Shown: one piece after another, positions 17,101 to 25,767 of the stretch | How positions within the stretch are numbered: the stretch's first letter is position 1 | Layout: each line of letters opens with the position of its first letter | NCBI GenBank assembly: GCA_013416795.1 | Contig: RQSC01001082.1 | Coordinates: 1-39,295 of the forward strand | Length of the DNA: 39,295 nucleotides | Direction of reading: 5' to 3' | DNA from: Prasinococcaceae sp. CCMP 1430 | Lineage: Eukaryota > Plantae > Prasinodermophyta | Made by a program: the position numbers and the translations under genes | Notes under the pieces: model-generated | What the model was told of the DNA's origin: nothing | The model's database searches: none | What the model saw: the letters and a program-made list of their open reading frames with translations, nothing else

Positions 17101-19048
17101 CAGCACCTTTTCCGCCGCCGTGCTTGTCGCCAAACGCCGCATCGCGATATGCCTTGCAAGTCGAGGCAAAGGATTGCAGCGCATCCTTGTCGCCGTCCTC
17201 CCTCAGGAACGCCACGATGCGATCGAGCAGCGTTGCGGGCAGAACGCCCGGGTTTTCGCGCAAATGATTCTGAGCCAGTGCGTGCTCGTGCTCGCGCTTC
17301 TTCGCGGCGTGTTCGCGCAGCTGGCGCTCCTTCGCCGCCGCCTCCTCAGCTGCCGCGCGGAGCTCTGCCTCCTTCTTCTCGCGCAGCGCGCGCTCCTTCT
17401 CCTCCTTGGCCTCCCGTCGCCGCCGCTGCTCCGCCTCCTCGCGCTCGCGGCGCCGCGCGAACCACACAGATTCCTTGACCGCACCGTCCTCGGCATCTGA
17501 GTCGATGTCGTCCATGAGCGCATCCGCCGGCAACGCAGGCGTCGGCACAGGCGCAGGCACAGACCTGCTCGGAGGATCAACGTCGTCAGCACCATTGGAG
17601 TTCCTGAGAGCGTCGTCAAACTTCTTGCATTGCTCGTGCACGACCTGATCGAGCAACCTGCGTCGCAGCACGCCCGCGAGCGCCGACTTGACCAGCTCAG
17701 CGCGCAGTAGCGCTTCGGTCTCTTCGGGAGCGCGCGGCAGTGGTGGGGCCGCAGCAGCACCCCCCCCGTCCTTGCCGTCCTCTAGCTCCGCATCCATCCA
17801 ATCATCTAAGTCTAGGTCGGAGTCGGCGCTGTCTCCGGCGGCTGTCTCGGGCTCTGGAGCGGGAGCCACGTCTGGCTCCCACCCAGGGAGCGCCACGGCG
17901 GGCATCCAGAGGTTGTCGGCCTCCCTGCACACCATGGAGTGTTGCGATAGGCCCTTGTAACGCCGTTCACCGCTCGCCGCAAGCTCGCGCAGCTGCGCGA
18001 ACGTGTAGGAGCCGTGAGGTCTCCAGCACCCGTCGTAGTAGTACCACTTGCCCTGCTCGACTGGCATCCGCGGTGGCGGCGGCTGCGGCGCGGCATCGTC
18101 CGCAATTGCTGCGCCTGCCATCCTGGCATCAGGCGGCACATCCGCCTCGCCGTCCTCAACTTCGGCATCTGCCTGCGAAGGCACGCCGCCGTGCCTACCG
18201 AGGCCCCAGCCGTCCTCGTCAAGTTCGCCCTCGTCCCTCGCCCGCTTGCGCCCGGCGCCATTGGCTACAGCGTCCGCCGCAGCATCCTGTGCGGCGGGCT
18301 CGACCGCGCCCACCGCGTCGCCAAGGACGGCCACCGCGTCGTCACGTTCGGGCGTGCGCGTGCTATCCAGCATCTCCGTCACCTCCGCCGCCCAAGGCGG
18401 AAGCTCGAGCATGGCCACGCCCGAGAGCCGCTCGTACGCGCGCTGGGCCGCCCGCGTCGTGCGCGGATCGCGCACGCGGCGGCCCGCAGGAGGGAGCGCA
18501 TCTGCGCCGTTCGCGGCAGGCGCTTCGGGGTACAGGCGATACTTGCGCGCGCCGACCTGCTCGCCGGATCCCTCGCAGATCTGCCAGTCGCCACCACGCA
18601 GGCGCCACGCGGCGGGCCGCGTGCCCTCCACCGCTGCGCCGCCCTCATCACCGTCGCCGTCACTCTCGCCCTCGCTGTCGCTGAGATCGCTCAGGTGCAC
18701 GTCGTCCGCGCCGTCAGTGACGGCGTTCGCCGTGCCGCCGAGACCGATCTCGCCGTCCTCGACGAGCTCGCCGTCCTCGGCCTCGCCGTCCCCTCCCCCA
18801 GCATCGCCAGGTGCGCCGCCCTCGTGTGCGCGCCCGCGCCTGCCCGCGCCGCGCGGCGCGCCTGCGTAGCGGCGCGCGCGGGGCGCGCAGGTGTGGCGTG
18901 CGCCCCCCACCCCGCGCCGCCGCCCTGGCGGCTGCGCGCGTTTGGTGACTCGAGTTTTTTTTTTTAACGCAGCGGCCAACAAGAAAAACAAAAATGAACC
19001 CGGTCTGCACGGCAGGATCCGCGTTTTAGACCGTGCCTCCAAGGGCAT
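14120..19048 (-). CDS. ATXR3: ATXR3/SDG2-like histone H3K4 methyltransferase: GYF-like, F-box-like, bromodomain, SET/post-SET and ATXR3-type C-terminus; start uncertain
   Basis: SET region YLGEMYPPWRWFERQDAIR, SRLSHSCEPNC, EELTFNYNCVTDS, CLCGSRWCQGSYL. GYF-like KWYYYDG...GSYTFAQLREL. F-box-like LPATLLDRIVAFL...STCKAY. Bromodomain FGEPVD...PDYLDVIERPMDF...NCIKYN. Confidence 0.92.
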   Translation of the reverse strand: MPLEARSKTRILPCRPGSFLFFLLAAALKKKTRVTKRAQPPGRRRGVGGARHTCAPRARRYAGAPRGAGRRGRAHEGGAPGDAGGGDGEAEDGELVEDGEIGLGGTANAVTDGADDVHLSDLSDSEGESDGDGDEGGAAVEGTRPAAWRLRGGDWQICEGSGEQVGARKYRLYPEAPAANGADALPPAGRRVRDPRTTRAAQRAYERLSGVAMLELPPWAAEVTEMLDSTRTPERDDAVAVLGDAVGAVEPAAQDAAADAVANGAGRKRARDEGELDEDGWGLGRHGGVPSQADAEVEDGEADVPPDARMAGAAIADDAAPQPPPPRMPVEQGKWYYYDGCWRPHGSYTFAQLRELAASGERRYKGLSQHSMVCREADNLWMPAVALPGWEPDVAPAPEPETAAGDSADSDLDLDDWMDAELEDGKDGGGAAAAPPLPRAPEETEALLRAELVKSALAGVLRRRLLDQVVHEQCKKFDDALRNSNGADDVDPPSRSVPAPVPTPALPADALMDDIDSDAEDGAVKESVWFARRREREEAEQRRRREAKEEKERALREKKEAELRAAAEEAAAKERQLREHAAKKREHEHALAQNHLRENPGVLPATLLDRIVAFLREDGDKDALQSFASTCKAYRDAAFGDKHGGGKGAGVGVGGSQQPRLAALLAGGGNAAVAFALLKQQIQQLFSRLRKECDPFRIFGEPVDTAKFPDYLDVIERPMDFSTMVTKLEQGEYGEDVNACLAGIRADVRLIGRNCIKYNSDESSKDIAATGQRLVDEGGAFIDEFEADIASQLFGGTAARQAKANVESARVRDTEARAARRAPRKRRLAANKDGGPVGGTRVDMATRTEIPASIPYKELEEYEVVCEVEDNERKRQAALPPAGDEPAPLSLAALNKNDLPEVAEADASVPKRLGVDVRKEEVFGIDGFTHYSLVRALMSCKPGQADYKSAYAYDWYSDIIEGKILPRAQDAGRAAREAGEASVALPLAPAVQLAADEASARGDADTATLLADLKARIEMPKEDESFYMHSKGMGITCAKEGGLRKGEFIKQYLGEMYPPWRWFERQDAIRSTQRFLSAEKESPEFYNITLERARGDMLGTDIIYVEAMYRTAFVSRLSHSCEPNCETRAKVVNGVYTIQTVTTRPIAEGEELTFNYNCVTDSKAEAEKATCLCGSRWCQGSYLQWKGARTFRQVLDSSHGMTHRQAQLMQACEENAQAISEGAVDAARTVETSEDVAALAGPEGVQTLARAGIGAAMLRAMPGWMVRFVVKMVEICDFEKAELPKALMRKGPESDGYVYTLEDATHDADSNWYARMNAVNIAVDKVRKVLAEWRKTNGDSTVPPPIYRCDGADVAERLWCGEDSVARRLLSAVRPHIDDGTHRELSLGVESRDAGVAAGASGVDGGPALRTALLWLRDEVAGLQDEDGVPSNARHDLAADLLHLHAHCRTHLRTAEYASFTSEPVEVLAADLPPVAQERLRAMPDAEREEMLAGGPASNTDGHAVAQRVPGATYAAGFLPALLFLWSTSDMAVRDLVGSLGYQQRGCTQLPDVRSCYSPSPAEPLPKRLGKSAKQQTAMCEHLLHTPQRSWPPNWGWTFDDARSAMLASPMLDVAIGACSKEEYEGEVLGWLRARAQRSETP

Positions 19049-19260
19049 GCTTACCGGGATGGCACAGACTCAGACCGGGTCGCATTGCCTTTGTTTGGTA
19101 CTGCACTGCAAACGATCGTCGCGCCGCGAATATTTTGGATTTTCTGTTTGAAATCGGCGTTCGCAGCCGAAGCGAGCGTCGCCATCCATCAAAACGCATG
19201 TGGTTTTTGGTTGACCCGCGGAATTTAAACAGAAAAGTTGCTTGGACGGGGACGTTGTGC
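18955..19260. promoter_or_regulatory. AT-enriched bidirectional promoter island between ATXR3 and PEX3, including a T11 tract
   Basis: Sharp GC drop between divergent genes. Similar islands lie at about 6820-7030, 10020-10450, 24720-24780, 31370-31520, 34350-34480 and 39060-39250, and a T13 tract at 21068-21080 precedes NPU. Confidence 0.6.
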
Positions 19261-19340
19261 GGCGCGCAGCGCGGCTGCACCACACCGCCTCCTCCCACCC
19301 ACCCCCGGCGGACGCCCCGCGCCCCGGGCGTCGCGGGGGG

Positions 19341-20876
19341 ATGCCGTCGGACCTGACGTCTGCGGTGTCGCGCGCGCTGCGGTGGGTTGCGGGCGCAGCG
19401 GGCGCGGCGGCGGTCGCGTACGGCGTCTCGCACGCGTACGAGGCGCACTGGGAGGCGGAGCGCGCGCGCCTCGTCGAGGAGACGAGCGATGCGCAGAAGC
19501 GCGCCGAGGAGCACCTCGCGCGGCACTTTGACAGCGTGCAGCTCATCGCAGACAACACGACGCTGCCGGCGCTGCTGCCGCACGTGCGCACGAGGCTCTT
19601 CGCACTCGCGGACGTTGGGGAGATCACACGGCAGCTGCGCCAGGCGCGCGAGGGGGGAAATGCCGTGAGCGCCGAGGAGAAGCTCGAGCTCTGGCACACG
19701 CTCACCAGGCGCTCGTTCGTGCGGTGCCTCGCAGGGCTGTGGAGCGCCGTGCTCATGGACGTGTACGTGCGCGTGCAGCTGAACGTGCTCGGGCGCCACC
19801 TGTACCTTGACTCTGCGGTTGGCCGCGCTGCCGCCGGCCTCGCAAAGGCGCCCGCGCCCACTGCGGCGGACTCGCCGGGCGGCAGCGATGGGCGCTCGCT
19901 GCCCGTCGCCACCCAGCACTGCTTCCTCGCACTTGCCGACTATTTCCCTATGGAAGGCGTGGAGATGCTGGTGGACCTGCTTTTTGACGCAGTCGACGGC
20001 GCCCTAGGAGACGTCGACCTGCAGCAAGAGCTGTCCCCTGAGAGGCTTTCGTCGCTCTTGCGCCGCTGCAGCGACCGCTTCGCGCAGAATGTCACGGGCC
20101 ATGAGGGCGCATGGGTCGGCCTGCTCATGCCGGAGGGTGCCGAGCAAGTGGTCGGGGCCATGCAGGAAAAGGAGAACGAGGTGCCGAAGGCGCTGCCCAC
20201 CCCTGCCGTGTCTGAAGGTGCCGTGGTCCTCGACGAGCAGGCGGATCGCGGCGGTGAAGCCGACGTCGACGGCACGCCCGTGGCGTCGACGGTGGCCTCC
20301 ACGCCAAGCACACCAAGCACATCCAGCACATCCGAGCGCGCGGCAGCTTCGCACCCGACGCCCAAGCTCGAACGCGGGCGCGACGTCGCGACGCTTCGCT
20401 TTCTGGCCACGGAGACTCGTGAGGCCTTAGATTCGCAGCGCTTCGTCGACACAGTGCGCAGCGCCGCGGCCGCGGCTCACGAGGTTCTCGCCGCGACGAT
20501 CGCGCAGCAGTGGCCCGCCGAGGGCTCCACGATGACGCCAGTGAAGGGGGGTGAGGCTGCGGCGATTGGGACGCCCGCGTCGGCCGCCTCTGTGGCGGGT
20601 CCGCCCGGGTCGTCCGCGGCATCGACACCTGCATCGACGCCTCCGGAGACGCCCGTGCGCAGCGTGTCGGCGCCGCCCTCCGCCGCTGTGGAGGCTGTCA
20701 CCCCGCAGCGTGTGTTGACGCTGCGACCACTCGCGCTCGCCAAGCTCGTCCCGCTGGTAGCAGGCACGGCCGGCGCAATGCTCGACCCGCCCGCGTGGAA
20801 CCCATACGTCCGCATAGTTGCTTCGCTGCCCGCCGTGAGGGAACTGGCTGCCTACGTCTACTCAGATTTTTCGTGA
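19341..20876 (+). CDS. PEX3: Peroxisomal biogenesis factor 3
   Basis: N-terminal TM segment, then HFDSVQLIADNTTLP, KLELWHTL and VRVQLNVLGRHLYLD; low-complexity insertions elsewhere. Confidence 0.88.
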   Translation: MPSDLTSAVSRALRWVAGAAGAAAVAYGVSHAYEAHWEAERARLVEETSDAQKRAEEHLARHFDSVQLIADNTTLPALLPHVRTRLFALADVGEITRQLRQAREGGNAVSAEEKLELWHTLTRRSFVRCLAGLWSAVLMDVYVRVQLNVLGRHLYLDSAVGRAAAGLAKAPAPTAADSPGGSDGRSLPVATQHCFLALADYFPMEGVEMLVDLLFDAVDGALGDVDLQQELSPERLSSLLRRCSDRFAQNVTGHEGAWVGLLMPEGAEQVVGAMQEKENEVPKALPTPAVSEGAVVLDEQADRGGEADVDGTPVASTVASTPSTPSTSSTSERAAASHPTPKLERGRDVATLRFLATETREALDSQRFVDTVRSAAAAAHEVLAATIAQQWPAEGSTMTPVKGGEAAAIGTPASAASVAGPPGSSAASTPASTPPETPVRSVSAPPSAAVEAVTPQRVLTLRPLALAKLVPLVAGTAGAMLDPPAWNPYVRIVASLPAVRELAAYVYSDFS

Positions 20877-21173
20877 GCGTCGCGGAGCGATTCTTGCCTT
20901 TAAGTTAGGACAAATGCACACAAGACGGTCGGCACAGGCGCCGCGGCCGGAGCGCCTGGCACGCCCCATCGCTCGCGCTCCTTCGCGCTCAGATCCCCCT
21001 CTCGCCTGGACCAGTACCTCTCCAGCCAGCCAGCTACGCAGCTAGCCAGCAATGTCCCCATACTCCCTTTTTTTTTTTTTGCGAATTTTGGGAAAGGGGC
21101 AAGGAACATGTCCTTGGTGCGCCCGGCGCCGGGCGCTGCCACAGCGCGTGGCGCTGCGCATGCTGCGCCCGCA

Positions 21174-22157
21174 ATGGTGGCGGGCGCGCGTCGGCTGGGC
21201 GCGCTCGCACTGCTGTGGGTGGCCGTGCTCGCAGCGCTCGGCGCGGGGCGCGTGGCGGCGTTCGGCGCGGGCGACTTCGTGCCGTGTGCGCGACGCGCGC
21301 AGTTCCATGGCAAGCGCACGCAATGGCTCGACCTGCTCGGCCGTCACTGCCCGCGCTTCGGCGCGGCGGCGAGTGCGGCGATGCCGCTCGAGATGCCCGA
21401 GGACTGGAAGCAGGATGACACGTACAAGGTCTCCATGAGCTTCGGTGAGAGGCGCCGCGATCAGTGCGCGTGCTACAACCAGCAAGCACCGGGCTCCGGC
21501 GCAGCACGCCACGTCTGCTGCGCCTCTTTGGTCGCCGCGCGTGCGTGCTTCGGCACGCGCTCTGCACAGGCTCGGGGCTGTGGCGTCGTCTGCGTGCTGA
21601 CCCGCCCGCTCTGGTCGGTTGTGCCTTTGAATCACCATCGTTCTGACTGTTACCGCAACAACTGACTCGCGGCGTCAATCACAGCGCACGATCGCTTCCA
21701 GACCCCGTGGTTGGCGGTGATCGGCCCCGGGCTCACCCACCTGCCGTTGGTGGACGTGGTGCTGACGCACTCGGGTGGCGAGCTACGCTCTGTCAGCGCG
21801 CGGCTGTACGAGCTTGAAGACTCTTTCCCTGCCCTCGCACGCCACCCGGAGGTTGCAGAGCACTACCGCAACGTGAGCCACTGGCCCAAGCACCTGCTCG
21901 TGCACTACCGGTGGATTGAGGACGTGGAGGTCGATGCCGCAGGCGGTATGTTTACGCTGCTGGGCGTTGGCGCTGTGCTGGCGACGGTGGTGATGGGGGC
22001 AGTGGTGCTCGAGAGCAGGCACCAGCTTGTGCGGCTTGCGGCCGACGTGTCGGCGCCGGGCGGGGGGGCATCGGCTGGCGGCGGCACATTTGCAGGCGAC
22101 AGCAGCATGACGAGCGGCATGAGCAGGAATACAGGGGGTGCGCACAAGGCGGACTAG
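21174..22157 (+). CDS. NPU: NPU (No Primexine and plasma membrane Undulation)-like membrane protein; exons 21174-21444 and 21685-22157
   Basis: Signal/TM N-terminus, GDFVPCARRAQFHGKRTQWLDLLGRHCPRF, YKVSMSF|AHDRFQTPWLAVI, HWPKHLLVHYRW and a C-terminal TM, matching my recollection of Arabidopsis NPU. Phase-1 intron GTGAGA...CTGAC...CACAG. Confidence 0.8.
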
Positions 22158-22230
22158 CCCGCCAAGTAGCTAGTTCAAGCGCTGGATGCGAGCTGCTGCC
22201 GCTTAGTACGTTTGAAATTATTATGCTTGC

Positions 22231-24630
22231 TCACCGAGACGACGAGCGGCGGCGTGACCTGCTCTCTTTGCGATCTGAGTGCGAGTGCTTGTGCCTGCCC
22301 CTGTGACGTTCCTTGCGCTCATCGTCGCGATCACGCGCAGAATCTGCCCCTCTGCCATCGCGCTCGCGCTCGCGCTCGCGCTCGCGCGACCTTCCACTAT
22401 CATGGTCGCGATCACGGTCGCTGCGCTTGTGCTTGTGGCTACGCCGGCGATCGGGGCTCCGGCTTCGGCTCCTGCTGCGGCTGCGGCGGTGTCTGCGCTC
22501 GTGCCTGTCGCTGCTGCGCTCACGATCTCTCTTGTGGCGCTTGTCGCTGCTGCGCTCGCGTCCACGCCGCGCCGAAAGCTCCTTGATGATGCGCAGAGCC
22601 TCCTCACGGCTGCTCACGCGCGTCGACAGAAGTGCGTCCAGAGCGCGGTCACCATCCTGCAAGGGGCTGTCGCCCCCATCTCCATCCAAGGCCGCAGCGG
22701 CGCCAGCCGCAACATCGGCTGCTCCTGCTGGCCCCGGCACAGGGGGTGGCACGGGGTCGTTCCCGTCATCCACCAGCAGGTCGTATCCCTCCGTACCGCC
22801 TGTTTTAGCATACGTGTTATGTATTTGGAAGCGCTGCAGGTACAGAGGATCGTCTATGGATGCGATGGGAGCGTTGCTTGCCCCGGGCAAGCTGCCACCC
22901 CCCTGGCCTCCCATGGCGTCTACGAGGGCAACACGTGGGCGGGGACGCGAGCGCGTGCACGTGACACACGGGGTTGTCAGAATTCTGGTACGCGCATGCG
23001 CACGCACGGGAGCCAGCTCGGCGAGGACGCGAGCGGAGACATGCGCACATCCCGACTAGCCATGCACTCGACAGGCTAGGGGTGCCGCGCGTTGACACGC
23101 ACCACCGCCTCCGCCGGTCTTGGGATCGCCGCTCGCGACCAGGTTGTTTGGGTCTACGCGCGCAAGTGCGCGTGCATCGCCGTGTGTAAGGGGCGGTGCA
23201 TGTCAGCTGTTGCAAACAAACTCATCGATAGCCTCTAGTACCGAATAAAAGCGCGCACGCGCACGTGCGGACCTCCGCGCCCGCCTGCACTCACCCTTGT
23301 CGGTGCCGTCAGACTGCGACACTACGCGCATTGAGCACGCGATCTTCAACCTGCCCTGCTCGTCTGTGCCGACGCCGATGACCTTCACGTACACCGACTC
23401 GCCTGTCTTTGCCACCTCTTGCAGCGCCTCAATCTTCTCCTCATCTGTCGCCCCTCGATCCAGTCCTAGGTAGGAACTCACCTGGCTGATGAAGACAAGC
23501 CCGTGCTTGCGGTAGCCGGACATAGAGACGAACAAACCGAAGGGGCGCACCGAGGTGACCGTCGCCTGGTGGATGCTCCACAGCGGCGGCGGTTCGTCGC
23601 TGCCGACGCCTCCTCCGCCTGCACCCGCGAGCGCATTGCTTGGATCGAGATCGGTGCCGTCCTCCTGTGAGACAGCCTTCATCGAGAGCGCTATTCGTTC
23701 GCCGTCCACGCGGACAACCTTCACCCAGCACTCCTCGCCCTCCGCAATGATGAGGCGCAGCTTGTTGACCTTCCGCTCGTCGGCCACGCGAAGAGCGGCG
23801 GCCGCCTCGGGCGTCGCGCCCTTGGGTCCGCCAGGGCCGCCCTCCACATCCGGGTCCCCGTCAAGCCGCTCGCTGACCTGCGAGCAGTGGACGAGGCCGT
23901 CCTTCGAGTAGCCCGGCATGCGAACGAACACGCCAAACGGCCGCACGCTGCGCACGGTGCCGCGGTGTATCGAGAGCGGCTGCGGCAGTCGCACCTCGCG
24001 CGGCGGCTGCGGCGCTCGCGCGTGCGGTGGCGCGCCGCTACCGGCTCCTGGCGGGGGCGGCGCACCCCAACGCGAGCGTCGCACCTGCTCGGCCGTCAGC
24101 TCAGGCACGCCCCATGGATTGCTCGCTGCTGGCTGTGGCGGCGGCGGAGGTGGCTGGCCGTGCCCAGGTAGAGGCACACTTGGAGGGGGCGGGGGCGGCG
24201 GGGGCTGGCCGTGACCCGCCCGGAGCGCCATCATCGAAGGGGGCGCGGGTGGTGGCTGCTTTCCGGGCGCTGTGGCGGGCTGCTGCTGCTGCTGCTGCGG
24301 CTGCGGCGGCAGCCGTGGCGGGCCCCAGCGTGATACGTGGGCTGGTGTTGCCTGAGGCGGCGGGGGCGGCACGCCCGCAGGTGCAGGCGCGGGGGGTTGC
24401 GGCGGCTGCGGCGGCGGCGGTGGGGGTGGCGGCGGCGAGGCGGCGGGGCGGTTGTGCGTCGGCAGGTGCGACAGCTGCTGCGGCGGCGGAGGTTGCACTC
24501 CGCTGCCGCTACCGCCGTCACTGTCGCTGCCATCGTCGAGCGCCCGGCGTCGGTGGCCGCGACCAGCGCGCCGCGCTCTGAACGTCGGTGCGGCAGCGGC
24601 AGGGGCGCCGGCACCTTCAGTGGGTGCCAT
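22231..24630 (-). CDS. Pro-rich protein with two S1 RNA-binding domains and an RS-like tail (ZCCHC17/pNO40-like); exons 24630-23295, 23153-23103, 22919-22231
   Basis: Two S1 repeats: GTVRSVRPFGVFV...GLVHCSQVS and ATVTSVRPFGLFV...GLVFISQVS. Two phase-1 introns with GTGAGT/GTGCGT donors and CTGAC give ...GTDKDPNNL...GGGDAMGG.... Tail RSRSRSRSRS. Confidence 0.8.
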
Positions 24631-24859
24631 CACTCGCGTGGCAAGCCTCGCGAGGATACGCGCAGCGCGGGGTGAGGCAAGATGGGGCGAGGGCGGGGCG
24701 CCGCCCACGCGCCGTGTGGCAACCGCAGGTCACATTTTGGACTTGAAAGCTCTCGTGTTGTCACAACTCGCGCGGCGATCGCGCCGCCGGACTCGAGGGG
24801 TGCAGTGCGTGGGTGGGTGGGTAGGCGGGTTGGTGGGTTGGTGGGTGTGAACGGCGGGT

Positions 24860-25742
24860 ATGCTGCGCCGCGTGGCAACCGCAGTGGCGCGTGCCGCACG
24901 CTGCTCCCATGCGCCGCGCGTGTGTGCATGCGGCAATGGCGTGAGTGCGAGGGCGAGCGCGTGCGCATACACGTTCGCGTTCATGCGTGGTTCCACAAGT
25001 GGCAGCAGGTGGCTCGCAGCAACGGCGGCAGGTGCAGCGGCGGCTGGGCCGCGGCTGGGCCCGCCAGGCTCGGAGGAGGCCATGCAGCGCGTTGGTGAGT
25101 CACTCCTCGCACAAGCCGAGTACGCGCAGTCGCAGCCCAAAGGGGAGCTACGGCGCTCACTGGCAGTGAGCGGCTACTACGAGGGCGGGTTCGCGCTTTC
25201 TAGCGGGCAGACAGTCGACGGCGCGCTGTTGTGCGCGGGTGAGACTGTTGCGAGCTGGGCGCCGACATCACCCGCCGAGGTCACGCCGGGGAGTCTCAAG
25301 ATGCTCGAACTGCTCTGGCCGCCTGTCGAGACGCTCATCGTCGGCACAGGTGCGGGCTGAGACGATGGCGTCATCGTGCACGCGCGTACGTGCACGTGCA
25401 CGTGTTCGCGTGCACTCGCGTGCGTGTGTATGTACGCGCACACACGCCACATAGGCCCAGTGCTGACCCCTGCGCGAGTGTCGCGCACGCTCGTGTATCC
25501 TTTGAAACGAGACCTGCACAGGTGCGCGCGTCGAGCCTAACGGTGGGCTGCCTGCTGCGGCACGCGAGTACCTCGCATCGCGCGGCGTCACACTCGACGT
25601 GCGCCCCACGCCGAGCGCGGCGTACACCTTTGGCGTGCTCAGCGAGGAAGGCCGCCCAGTCGCGGCAGCGCTCTTTCCGATGGCCGAGGGTGACCTGGAA
25701 GGTGCGAGCACGAGTGTGTACAACGATAGCAAGCGGCGGTGA
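24860..25742 (+). CDS. NDUFAF3: NDUFAF3/Mth938-like protein (mitochondrial complex I assembly); exons 24860-25349 and 25522-25742
   Basis: Arg/Ala-rich presequence-like N-terminus. Spliced product ETLIVGTG|ARV...YLASRGVTLDVRPT...FGVLSEEGRPVAAAL matches the Mth938/DUF498 pattern. Confidence 0.85.
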
Positions 25743-25743
25743 G

Positions 25744-25767
25744 TGTAAACTAGCACTAGGAATTACA
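25744..25767. terminator. Opposed TGTAA polyadenylation signals of NDUFAF3 (+, 25744-25748) and CFAP43 (-, 25767-25763)
   Basis: TGTAA is the established chlorophyte near-upstream element. It also occurs after RPA49 (8400-8396, -), at the Nudix stop (33430-33434, +) and after ValRS (36037-36033, -). Confidence 0.55.

Noticed and set aside
24941-25008. Possible intron (GTGAGT donor) in NDUFAF3 exon 1
   Set aside because: The available acceptors give 59, 65 or 68 nt, all frame-shifting, and there is no CTRAC. The unspliced frame is already open.
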